Shown here: in pieces, positions 14,001-27,300 of the stretch
Layout: each line of letters begins with the position of its first letter
How positions within the stretch are numbered: the stretch's first letter is position 1
NCBI GenBank assembly: GCA_965655095.1
Contig: OZ296648.1
Coordinates: 104,718,001-104,782,000, forward strand
From: Haplodiscus bocki
Lineage: Eukaryota
Reading direction: 5' to 3'
DNA length: 64,000 nucleotides
Made by a program: the position numbers and the translations under genes
The notes under the pieces: generated by a model
Seen by the model: only the letters and a program-made list of their open reading frames with translations
The model's database searches: none
Told to the model about the DNA's origin: nothing

Positions 14001-16050
14001 ATATCCGCGAAACAACGTTCTACCCATCAATTGGCGTTCCCCGGGTTGATGTTTTATCGCTTTTGTTTTTCATCCTTTTTTTGAAGGGTGTCATTGAAAA
14101 ATACGAAACGAAACAAATTAAAAAAAGTGCTGATGATAATTCCAACTTCTGTAGACCCAGTGAATTAACTCAAAGTTTTGACGCTCCCTAAGAGTTTAGC
14201 AGAAAATGTAGACTTGTGAAGAAAGATCCCCAAATTGAACAGATGTTTATTAATGTACAGAATACAGCTGATCAATAGCAAACGCTGACATTGTCAAATT
14301 TTCAGTGGATTGATTGGATCGAAACTTGAAACTGAAGAACCGCGTTGACCAGTTGAAAGCTCCAAATGTCTTCACGAGGAGCACTTTCAAATGCATACTG
14401 AAACAACCAATCAATCCAAGTTCTCGATTGAAACTATTCAAGATACGTATTCGACCAACATTAGATTTTAGTAAAAAAATATGGTACAACAGCAACGAAT
14501 CATTTCAATTGGTCTGTGTTAGATTGCGAACACAACCATTATATCTTCGAAAAACAACAGATTTTAATAACATTTTGTATTTACAACACTCGAATTTCAA
14601 TGACCACAGAGAGTGTATTTTATGAAAAAATGTCAACGTATCTGACTTCTGTAGACTGTGCTCGCTCTTTGAATCTAGTAATTCTGGATAGGCGTATCAG
14701 TGTTTGCAAAAATTGTCTTCGGATTTCATATGTGAATTGTGAACAGGCAAGAATGGATTGCATTAAAAACTTCATAAACTTTGTTCAAGCAAGAAATGAG
14801 GCAACCTCAAAACTCTCAACCAAAATTGCTCTCACTGTACACGGCAATGTAAGACAGATTCAAAATAAGCGCTATCAGATTACTGTGGAATGAAAAATGG
14901 CAAAAAAATTGTGAATCTACTGGACAAAACAAAGTACAACAACGAACAATCTCGACTTTTCAGACTTCTGTTAAAAAATGCGGTCGAAACGAATTCAATT
15001 GAAAACGTTAGAAGGCAGTATTTTTGTTAGGCTGTTGTGGTAAATACGACACTCCAACGCACTTCAATTTCTTCTGCGAAGTTTGGCATCGCACGCAGGC
15101 AAAATTTTGGGGAGCATAATCGATAACGGAATCAGAAAAAGGTTTCAAAAGAAGTCGCGCCACCAGAACTATGAATAGCAACTGATATACGACTTGAAAC
15201 TGAGAAATAAAACAAAAGACCCATGTATTGCTACCTTTTGGACCTGGAGAAAACGTTCGACTCAAAAAATGATGATCTAAAATTGTACTGCTTATTGCAG
15301 AGAAGTATACGCCAAAGAACAATTCCGTTCACTGAAAACCTTCTGAAGACAAAAGAAGCTACCATCAGAGTGATTGATATCCGCGAAACAACGTTCGACC
15401 CATCAATTGGCGTTCCCCGGGTTGATCTTTTATCTCTTTTGTTTTTCATGCAATTTTTTGAAGGGTGTCATTGAAAAATACGAAACGAAACAAATTAAAA
15501 CAAAACGTTGATGATAACACCAACTTCTGTTGCCCCAGTGAATTAACTCAAAGTTTTGACGCTCTCTAAGAGTTTAGCAGAAAATGTAGACTTGTGAAAA
15601 AAGTCCTCTAAACTGAACCGATGTTGTTTAATGTACAGAATACAGCTGGTCAATAGCAAACTGCGGACACTGTCAAGTTTTCAGCGGATTGGTTGGATCG
15701 AAACTTGAAATTGAAGGGCCGCGTTGATCAGTTGAAAGCTTCAAATGTCTTCACAAGGAACACTTTCAAAAGCATACTGAAACAGCCAATCAATCCAAGT
15801 TCTCGATTGAAGCCATTCAAGATATGCATTCGACCAACTTTAGGTTATAGAAATGAAGTATGGTATAACAGCAAACCATCTATTCTAGTTGGTCTGTGTT
15901 AGAATGCAAAAAAATTAAATCTCAGAAAAATAATAGATTTTTAAAACAATTTGTTTTACAACACGCGACTTTCGTCCAACACAGAGAGCATCGTTTTCGA
16001 AAACATGTCAACGTATCTGACTTCTGTAGACTGTGGTCGCTCTTTGAATC
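8050..16050 (+). repeat. Higher-order block B: dimer, period 2,753 bp, ~3 copies
   Basis: ORF triplets at 2,753-bp offsets: 8808/11561/14314, 9010/11763/14516, 9502/12255/15008, 10187/12940/15693. Confidence 0.92.
11000..12330 (+). pseudogene. Representative monomer-length stretch: frameshifted non-LTR retrotransposon RT (Jockey/I-like ORF2 fragment)
   Basis: Decayed RT motifs occur in canonical order, circularly permuted across monomers: ESTGQNKI (K-x-PGxDxI-like), a decayed YRPIxL..GKV segment, NGFKKSRAT (Q-x-GFR), CIATFLDLEK(A/T)FDSIYHDL (D-x-EKAFD-x-VWH), SIGVPRVDVLSLLFFILF (GVPQGSVLSPLLF), K(S/T)ADDNS (YADD), LDRNL, KLFKxxIRPxLxY..VW, HSLNP. Every monomer contains stops or frameshifts. 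Confidence 0.85.
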
Positions 16051-18999
16051 CAGTAAGTCTGGATAGGCGTATCAGTGTTTGCCGAAACTGTCTTCGGATT
16101 TCATATGTGAGTTATGAACAGGCAAGAATGGATTGCAAGAAAGACTTCATAAACTTTGTTCAAGCAAGAATTGAGGCAATTTCAAAAATCTCCACTAAAA
16201 TTACTCTCACTACACACGGCAATGTGAGACAGATTCAAAATTAGCGCTATCAGATTAAGCTGGAATGGAAAATGGCAAAAAAATGTGAATCCACTGGACA
16301 AAAAAAAATCCAACAAAGACCAATCTCGACTTTTCAGACGTCTGTTAAAAAAACATGGTCGAAACGAATTCAAATGAAAACGTTAGAAGGCCGAATTTTC
16401 GTTATGCTGTTGTGGTAACTACGACACACCAACGCACTTCATTTTCTTCGGCGAAGTTTAGCATCGCACGCAGGCAAATTGTTCGGGAGCATAATGGATA
16501 ACAGAATCAGAAGATGGATTCAAAAAAAGTCGCGCCACTAAAACTATGTATAGCAACTGATATACGACTTGAAATTGAGAAATGAAACAAAAGACCCTTG
16601 AATTGCTACCTTTTTGACCTGGAGAAAGCGTTTGACTCGATATATCATGATATAAAATTGTGCTGCTTATTGCAGAGAAGTATACGGCGAAGAACAATTC
16701 CGTTCACTGAAAACCTTCTGAAAACAAAAGAAGCTACCATCAGAGTGATTGATATCCTCGAAACAACGTTCGACCCATCAATTGGCGTTCCCGACGTGAT
16801 GTTTTATCGCTTTTGTTTTTCATCCTTTTTTTGAAGGGTGCCATTGAAAAATACGAAACGAAACAAATTAAAAAAAACTGCTGATGATAATTCCAACTTC
16901 TGTAGACCCAGTGAATTAACTCAAAGTTTTGACGCTCCCCAAGAGTTTAGAAGAAATGTAGACTTGTGAATAAGGATCCCCAAACTGAAAAGATTTTGTT
17001 TAATGTACAGAATACAGCTGATCAATAGCAAACTGCTGGCATTGTCAAATTTTCAGTGGATTGATTGGATCGAAACTTGAAACTGAAGAACCGCGTTGAC
17101 CAGTTGAAAGCTCCAAATGTCTTCACAAGGAGCACTTTCAAATGCATACTGAAACAACCAATCAATCCAAGTTCTCGATTGAAACTATTCAAGATACGTA
17201 TTCGACCAACATTAGATTTTAATAAAAAAAATATGGTACAACAGCAACGAATCATTTCAATTGGTCTGTGTTAGAATGCGAACACAACCATTATATCTTC
17301 GAAAAACAACAGATTTTAAAAACATTTTGTTTTTACAACACTCGAATTTCAATGACCACAGAGAGTATATTTTATGAAAAAATGTCAACGTATCTGACTT
17401 CTGTAGACTGTGCTCGCTCTTTGAATCTAGTAATTGTGGATAGGCGTATCAGTGTTTGCCGAAATTGTCTTCGGATTTCATATGTGAGTTATGAACAGGC
17501 AAGAATGGATTGCATGAAAGACTTCATAAACTTTGTTCAAGCAAGAAATGAGGCAACCTCAAAACTCTCAACCAAAATTACTCTCACTATACACGGCAAT
17601 GTAAGACAGATTCAAAACAAGCGCTATCAGATTAAGCTGGAATGAAAAATGACAAAAAAATTGTGAATCTACTGGACAAAACAAAAACCAACAAAGAACA
17701 ATCTCGACTTTTCAGACTTCTGTTAAGAAAATGTGGTCGAAACGAATTCAAATGAAAACGTTAGATGGCAGTGTTTTTGTTATGCTGTTGTGGTAAATAC
17801 GACAATCCAACGCACTTCATTTTCTTCTGCGAAGTTTAGCATCGCACGCAGGCAAAATGTTGGGGGCGCATAATCGATAACAGAATCAGAAAAAGGTTTC
17901 AAAAAAAGTCGCGCCACCAGAACTATGTATAGCAACTGATATACGACTTGAAACTGAGAAATAAAACAAAAGACCCATGTATTGCTACATTTCTTGACCT
18001 GGAGAAAACGTTCGACTCAAAATATCATGATCCAAAATTGTGCTGCTTATTGCAGAGAAGTATACGGCGAAGAACAATTCCGTTCACTGAAAACCTTCTG
18101 AAAACAAAAGAAGCTACCATCAGAGTGATTGATATCCTCGAAACAACGTTCGACCCATCAATTGGCGTTCCCGACGTGATGTTTTATCGCTTTTGTTTTT
18201 CATCCTTTTTTTGAAGGGTGCCATTGAAAAATACGAAACGAAACAAATTAAAAAAAACTGCTGATGATAATTCCAACTTCTGTAGACCCAGTGAATTAAC
18301 TCAAAGTTTTGACGCTCCCCAAGAGTTTAGAAGAAATGTAGACTTGTGAATAGGGATCCCCAAACTGAAAAGATTTTGTTTAATGTACAGAATACAGCTG
18401 ATCAATAGCAAACTGCTGGCATTGTCAAATTTTCAGTGGATTGATTGGATCGAAACTTGAAACTGAAGAGCCGCGTTGACCAGTTGAAAGCTCCAAATGT
18501 CTTCACAAGAGCACTTTCGAATGCATACTGAAACAACCAATCAATCCAAGTTCTCGATTGAAACTATTCAAGATACGTATTCGACCAACATTAGATTTTA
18601 ATAAAAAAATATGGTACAACAGCAACCAATCATTTCAATTGGTCTGTGTTAGAATGCAAACACAACCATTATATCTTCGAAAAACAACAGATTTTAAAAA
18701 CATTTTGTTTTTACAACACTCGAATTTCAATGACCACAGAGAGTATATTTTATGAAAAAATGTCAACGTATCTGACTTCTGTAGACTGTGCTCGCTCTTT
18801 GATTCTAGTAATTGTGGATAGGCGTATCAGTGTTTGCCGAAATTGTCTTCGGATTTCACATGTGAGTTATGAACAGGCAAGAATGGATTGCATGAAAGAC
18901 TTCATAAACTTTGTTCAAGCAAGAAATGAGGCATCCTCAAAACTCTCAACCAAAATTACTCTCACTATACACGGCAATGTAAGACAGATTCAAAATAAG

Positions 19000-21900
19000 C
19001 GCTATCAGATTACTGTGGAATGAAAAATGGCAAAAAAATTGTGAATCTACTAGACAAAACAAAATCTAACAAAGAACAATCTCGACTTTTCAGACTTCTG
19101 TTAAAAAAATGTGGTCGAAACGAATTCAAATGAAAACGTTAGAAGGCAGACTTTTCGTTATGCTGTTGTGGTAAATACGACACACCAACGCACTTCATTT
19201 TCTTCGGCGAAGTTTAGCATCGCACGCAGGCAAATTGTTCGGGAGCATAATGGTTAACAGAATCAGAAGATGGATTCAAAAAAAGTCGCGCCACCAGAAC
19301 TATGTATAGCAACTGATATACGACTTGAAACTGAGAAATAAAACAAAAGACCCATGTATTGCTACATTTCTTGACCTGGAGAAAACTTTCGACTCAAAAT
19401 ATCATGATCTAAAATTGTGCTGCTTATTGCAGAGAAGTATACGGCGAAGAACAATTCCGTTCACTGAAAACCTTCCGAAAACAAAAGAAGCTACCATCAG
19501 AGAGATTGATATCCGCGAAGCAACGTTCGACCCATCAATTGGCGTTCCCCGGGTTGATCTTTTATCTCTTTTGTTTTTCATGCAATTTTTTGGAGGGTGT
19601 CATCGAAAAATACGAAACGAAAAAAATTTAAAAAAAAAACGCTGATGATAACACCAACTTCTGTTGCCCCAGTGAATTAACTCAAAGTTTTGACGCTCTC
19701 TAAGAGTTTAGCAGAAAATGTAGACTTGTTAATAAAGTTCCCTAAACTGAACAGATGTTGTTTAATGTACAGAATACAGCTGATCAATAGCAAACTGCGG
19801 ACATTGTCAAATTTTCAGCGGATTGGTTGGATCGAAACTTGAAATTGAAGAGCCGCGTTGATCAGTTGAAAGCTCCAAATGTCTTCACAAGGAACACTTT
19901 CGAAAGCATACTGAAACAGCCAATCAATCCAAGTTCTCGATTGAAGCTATTCAACATATGCATTCGACCAACATTAGGTTATAGCAATGAAGTATGGTAT
20001 AACAGCAACGCATCATTTCTAATTGGTCTTTGTTAGAATGCAAACATAACCATTTTATCTTCGAAAAACAAAAGGTTTTAAAAACATTTTGTTTTCACAA
20101 CACTCGAATTTTGTTCACCACAGAGAGTATATTTTAGGAAAACATGTCAACGTATCTGACTTCCGTAGACAGTGCTCGCTCTTTGAATCTGGTAAATCTG
20201 GATAGGCGTATCAGGGTTTGCCGAAATTGTCTTCGGATTTCATATGTGAGTTATGAACAGGCAAGAAAGGATTGCATGAAAGACTTCATAAACTTCGTTC
20301 AAGCAAGAACTGAGGCAACGTGAAACCTCTCAACCAAATTTACTCTCACTAAACACGGCAATTTGAGACAGATTCAAAATAGGCGCTATCAGATTACTGT
20401 GGAATGAAAAACGGCAAAAAACTTGTGAACCTACTGGACAAAACAAAATCCAACAAAGAACAATCTCGACTTTTCAGACTTCTCGTAAGAGAACGTGGTC
20501 GAAACGAATTCAATTGAAAACGTTAGATACCAAAATTTTCGTTAGGGTGTTGTGGTAAATACGACAGTCCAACGCACTTTTTTTTCTTCGGCGAAGTTTA
20601 GCATCGCACGCAGGCAAAACGCTGGGGAGCATAATGGATAAAAGAATGAGAAAATGGTTTCAAAAAAAGTCGCGCCTCTAGAACTATGTATAGCAACTGC
20701 TATACGACTTGAAACTGAGAAATAAAACAAAAGACCCATGTATTGCTACGTTTTTTGACCTGGAGAAAACGTTCGACTCCATATATCATGATCTAAATTT
20801 GTGCTGCTTATTGGAAAAAAGTATACGTCGTAGAGCAAATCAGTTGACTGAAAACTTTTTGATAACAAAAAAGCTACCATCAGAGTGATTGATATCCGGT
20901 AAAAAACGTTCGACCCATCAATTGGCGTTCCCCGTTGTGATATTATATCTCTTTTGTGGAGATGCTTCATCCTTCTTCTGAAGGGTGTCCTTGAAAAATA
21001 CAAAAGGAAACAAAGTAAAAGAAACGCTGATGATAAAACCAACTTCTGTTGCCTCAGTGATTTAACTCAAAGCTTTGACGCTCCTTAAGAGTTTAGCAGA
21101 AAATGTAGACTTGTGAATAAAGATCCCTAAATGAACAGGTGTTGTTTAAACTACAAAATACAACAGTTGATCAATAGCAAACTGCTGACATTGTCGAACT
21201 TTCAGTAGAATGGTTGGATGGAAACTTGAAACTGAAGAGCCGCGTTGATTAGTTGCAAGCTCCCAATATCTTCACAAGGAACACTTTTGAATGCATACTG
21301 AAACAAGCAATCCATCCAAGTTCTCGATTGAGACTATTCAAGATATGTATTCGACCAATATTAGATTATAGTAAAAAAGTATGGTATAACAGCAACCCAT
21401 CTATTCTAATTGGTCTGTGTTAGAATGCAAAAAAAAACATTAAATCTTACAAAAGAAATAGATTTTTAAAACAATTTTTTTTACAACACTCGACTTTCGT
21501 TCACCATAGAGAATTTGTTTTTCGAAAACATGTCAACGTATCTGACTTCTGTACACTGTGCTCGTTCTTTGAATCTAGTAACTTGGGATAGGCGTATCAG
21601 TGTTTGCCGAAATCATCTCCCGATTTCATTTGTGATTTATCATTAGGCAAGGGTGGATTGCATGAAGGACTTCATCAACTTTGTTCAAGCAAGAACTGAG
21701 ACAACCTCATAACTCTCAACAGAAATTACTCCCACTATACATGGCAAAGTGACACAGATTCAAAATAAGCGCTATCAGATTACTGTGGAACGAAAAATGG
21801 CAAAAAAATCTGAATCCACTGGACAAAACAAAGTCCAACAAAAACGAATCTCGGCTTTTTAGAATTCTGGTATAAAAACGTGGTCGGAACGAATTCAAAT

Positions 21901-24900
21901 GAAAACCTAAGAAGGTAGAATTTTTGTTATGCTGTTGTGGTAAATACGACACTCCAACGCACTTCATTTTGTTCGGCGACGTTTAGCATCGCACGCAGGC
22001 AGAATGTTGCGGAGCATAATGGATAACAGAATCAGAAAATGGATTCAAAAAAAGTCGCGCCACTAGAACTACGTATAGCAACTGATATACGACTTGAAAC
22101 TGAGAAATGAAACAAAAGACCCTTGTATTGCTACCTTTTTGACCTGGAGAAAGCGTTCGACTCGGAATAACATGATCTAAATTTGTGCTGCTTATTGCAG
22201 AGAAGTATACGGCGAAGAACAGTTCCGTTGACTGAAAACCTTCTGGAAACAAGAGAAGCTACCATCACATCGATTGATAACCGGGAAACAACGTTCGAAA
22301 CATCATTTGGCGTTACCCGGCGTGATGTTTTATCTCTTTTGTTTTCCATCCTCTTTCTGAAGGGTGTCATTGAAAAATACGAAACGAAACAAATTTAAAA
22401 AAAAACGCTGATGACAATTCCAACCTCTGTAGCCCCAGTGATATAAATCAAAGTTCTGGCGCTCCTTTAGAGTTTAGAGGAAAATGTACTTGTTAGTAAG
22501 TATCCCCAAATTGAACAGATGATGTTTAAAGTACAGAATACAGCTGATCAATAGCAAACTGCTGACATTGTCAAACTTTCAATGGATTGGTTGGATCGAA
22601 ACTTGAAACTGAAGAGCAGCGTTTATCAGTTGAAAACTCCAAATTCTTCACAAGGAACACTTTTAAACGCATAGTGAAACAACTGATCAATCCGAGGTCT
22701 TGATTGAAACTATTCAAGATACGTATTCGAGCAACATTAGATTTTATGATTAAAAGAATGGTACAACAGCAACCCATCTATTCTAATTGGTCTGTGTTAG
22801 AATGCAAAAATATCTTCTAAAAACAATAGGTTTTAAAAACGTTTTAGTTTTTACAACACTCGGCTTTCGTTCACCACAGATAGTTTGTTTTTCGAAAACA
22901 TGTCAACGTATCTGGCTTCTGTAGACTGTGCTCATTCTTTGAATCCAGTAAACTTGGATAGGCGTATCAGTTTTTGTCGAAATCGTCTTTGGATTTCATT
23001 AATGATTTATCAACAAGCAAGGAAGGATTGCATGAAAGACTTCATAAATTTTGTTCAATCAAGAACTGAGGCAACCTCAAAACTCTCAACCGAAATCACT
23101 CTCGCTATACACGGCAATGTAAGACAGATTCAAAATAAGCGCTATCAGATTACTGTGGAATGAAAGATGGCAAAAAAATTGTGAATCTACTAGACAAAAC
23201 AAAATCTAACAAAGAACAATCTCGACTTTTCAGACTTCTGTTAAAAAAATGTGGTCGAAACGAATTCAAATGAAAACGTTAGAAGGCAGACTTTTCGTTA
23301 TGCTGTTGTGGTAAATACGACACACCAACGCACTTCATTTTCTTCGGCGAAGTTTAGCATCGCACGCAGGCAAATTGTTCGGGAGCATAATGGTTAACAG
23401 AATCAGAAGATGGATTCAAAAAAAGTCGCGCCACCAGAACTATGTATAGCAACTGATATACGACTTGAAACTGAGAAATAAAACAAAAGACCCATGTATT
23501 GCTACATTTCTTGACCTGGAGAAAACTTTCGACTCAAAATATCATGATCTAAAATTGTGCTGCTTATTGCAGAGAAGTATACGGCGAAGAACAATTCCGT
23601 TCACTGAAAACCTTCCGAAAACAAAAGAAGCTACCATCAGAGAGATTGATATCCGCGAAGCAACGTTCGACCCATCAATTGGCGTTCCCCGGGTTGATCT
23701 TTTATCTCTTTTGTTTTTCATGCAATTTTTTGGAGGGTGTCATCGAAAAATACGAAACGAAAAAAATTTAAAAAAAACGCTGATGATAACACCAACTTCT
23801 GTTGCCCCAGTGAATTAACTCAAAGTTTTGACGCTCTCTAAGAGTTTAGCAGAAAATGTAGACTTGTTAATAAAGTTCCCTAAACTGAACAGATGTTGTT
23901 TAATGTACAGAATACAGCTGATCAATAGCAAACTGCGGACATTGTCAAATTTTCAGCGGATTGGTTGGATCGAAACTTGAAATTGAAGAGCCGCGTTGAT
24001 CAGTTGAAAGCTCCAAATGTCTTCACAAGGAACACTTTCGAAAGCATACTGAAACAGCCAATCAATCCAAGTTCTCGATTGAAGCTATTCAACATATGCA
24101 TTCGACCAACATTAGGTTATAGCAATGAAGTATGTTATAACAGCAACGCATCATTTCTAATTGGTCTTTGTTAGAATGCAAACATAACCATTTTATCTTC
24201 GAAAAACAAAAGGTTTTAAAAACATTTTGTTTTCACAACACTCGAATTTTGTTCAAGACAGAGAGTATATTTTAGGAAAACATGTCAACGTATCTGACTT
24301 CCGTAGACAGTGCTCGCTCTTTGAATCTGGTAAATCTGGATAGGCGTATCAGGGTTTGCCGAAATTGTCTTCGGATTTCATATGTGAGTTATGAACAGGC
24401 AAGAAAGGATTGCATGAAAGACTTCATAAACTTCGTTCAAGCAAGAACTGAGGCAACGTGAAACCTCTCAACCAAATTTACTCTCAATAAACACGGCAAT
24501 TTGAGACAGATTCAAAATAGGCGCTATCAGATTACTGTGGAATGAAAAACGGCAAAAAACTTGTGAACCTACTGGACAAAACAAAATCCAACAAAGAACA
24601 ATCTCGACTTTTCAGACTTCTCGTAAGAGAACGTGGTCGAAACGAATTCAATTGAAAACGTTAGATACCAAAATTTTCGTTAGGGTGTTGTGGTAAATAC
24701 GACAGTCCAACGCACTTCATTTTCTTCGGCGAAGTTTAGCATCGCACGCAGGCAAATTGTTCGGGAGCATAATGGATAACAGAATCAGAAGATGGATTCA
24801 AAAAAAGTCGCGCCACCAGAACTATGTATAGCAACTGCTATACGACTTGAAACTGAGAAATAAAACAAAAGACCCATGTATTGCTACGTTTTTTGACCTG

Positions 24901-27300
24901 GAGAAAACGTTCGACTCCATATATCATGATCTAAAATTGTGCTGCTTATTGGAAAAAAGTATACGTCGTAGAGCAAATCCGTTGACTGAAAACTTTTTGA
25001 TAACAAAAAAAGCTACCATCAGAGTGATTGATATCCGGTAAAAAACGTTCGACCCATCAATTGGCGTTCCCCGTTGTGATATTATATCTCTTTTGTGGAG
25101 ATGCTTCATCCTTCTTCTGAAGGGTGTCCTTGAAAAATACAAAAGGAAACAAAGTAAAAGAAACGCTGATGATAAAACCAACTTCTGTTGCCCCAGTGAT
25201 TTAACTCAAAGCTTTGACGCTCCTTAAGAGTTTAGCAGAAAATGTAGACTTGTGAATAAAGATCCCTAAATGAACAGGTGTTGTTTAAACTACAAAATAC
25301 AACAGTTGATCAATAGCAAACTGCTGACATTGTCGAACTTTCAGTAGAATGGTTGGATGGAAACTTGAAACTGAAGAGCCGCGTTGATTAGTTGCAAGCT
25401 CCCAATATCTTCACAAGGAACACTTTTGAATGCATACTGAAACAAGCAATCCATCCAAGTTCTCGATTGAGACTATTCAAGATATGTATTCGACCAATAT
25501 TAGATTATAGTAAAAAAGTATGGTATAACAGCAACCCATCTATTCTAATTGGTCTGTGTTAGAATGCAAAAAAACTTTAAATCTTACAAAAGAAATAGAT
25601 TTTTGAAACAATTTTTTTTACAACACTCGACTTTCGTTCACCATAGAGAATTTGTTTTTCGAAAACATGTCAACGTATCTGACTTCTGTACACTGTGCTC
25701 GTTCTTTGAATCTAGTAACTTGGGATAGGCGTATCAGTGTTTGCCGAAATCATCTCCCGATTTCATTTGTGATTTATCATTAGGCAAGGATGGATTGCAT
25801 GAAGGACTTCATCAACTTTGTTCAAGCAAGAACTGAGACAACCTCATAACTCTCAACCGAAATTACTCCCACTATACATGGCAAAGTGACACAGATTCAA
25901 AATAAGCGCTATCAGATTACTGTGGAACGAAAATGGCAGAAAAATGTGAATCCACTGGACAAAACAAAGTCCAACAAAAACGAATCTCGACTTCTTAGAA
26001 TTCTGGTATAAAAACGTGGTCGGAACGAATTCAAATGAAAACCTAAGAAGGCAGAATTTTCGTTATGCTGTTGTGGTAAATACGACACTCCAACGCACTT
26101 CATTTTGTTCGGCGACGTTTAGCATCGCACGCAGGCAAAATGTTGCGGAGCATAATGGATAACAGAATCAGAAAATGGATTCAAAAATCGTCGCGCCACT
26201 AGAATTATGTATAGCAACTGATATACGACTTGAAACTGAGAAATAAAACAAAAGACCCTTGTATTGCTACCTTTCTGACCTGGAGAAAGCGTTCGACTCG
26301 GAATAACATGATCTAAATTTGTGCTGCTTATTGCAGAGAAGTATACGGCGAAGAACAGTTCCGTTGACTGAAAACCTTCTGGAAACAAGAGAAGCTACCA
26401 TCACATCGATTGATAACCGGGAAACAACGTTCGAAACATCATTTGGCGTTACCCGGCGTGATGTTTTATCTCTTTTGTTTTCCATCCTCTTTCTGAAGGG
26501 TGTCATTGAAAAATACGAAACGAAACAAATTTAAAAAAAAACGCTGATGACAATTCCAACCTCTGTAGCCCCAGTGATATAAATCAAAGTTCTGACGCTC
26601 CTTTAGAGTTTAGAGGAAAATGTACTTGTTAGTAAGTATCCCCAAATTGAACAGATGATGTTTAAAGTACAGAATACAGCTGATCAATAGCAAACTGCTG
26701 ACATTGTCAAACTTTCAATGGATTGGTTGGATCGAAACTTGAAACTGAAGAGCAGCGTTTATCAGTTGAAAACTCCAAATTCTTCACAATGAACACTTTT
26801 AAACGCATAGTGAAACAACTGATCAATCCGAGGTCTTGATTGAAACTATTCAAGATACGTATTCGAGCAACATTAGATTTTATGATTAAAAGAATGGTAC
26901 AACAGCAACCCATCTATTCTAATTGGTCTGTGTTAGAATGCAAAAATATCTTCTAAAAACAATAGGTTTTAAAAACGTTTTAGTTTTTACAACACTCGGC
27001 TTTCGTTCACCACAGAGAGTTTGTTTTTCGAAAACATGTCAACGTATCTGGCTTCTGTAGACTGTGCTCATTCTTTGAATCCAGTAAACTTGGATAGGCG
27101 TATCAGTTTTTGTCGAAATCGTCTTTGGATTTCATTAATGATTTATCAACAAGCAAGGAAGGATTGCATGAAAGACTTCATAAATTTTGTTCAATCAAGA
27201 ACTGAGGCAACCTCAAAACTCTCAACCGAAATCACTCTCGCTATACACGGCAATGTAAGACAGATTCAAAATAAGCGCTATCAGATTACTGTGGAATGAA
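19000..27300 (+). repeat. Higher-order block C: trimer, period ~4,136-4,140 bp, 2 copies
   Basis: ORF pairs 19325/23465, 19827/23965, 21983/26119, 22183/26319 and 22885/27021. Private variants such as ctcttttgtggagatgcttcatcc occur only at ~20,950 and ~25,090. Confidence 0.92.
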
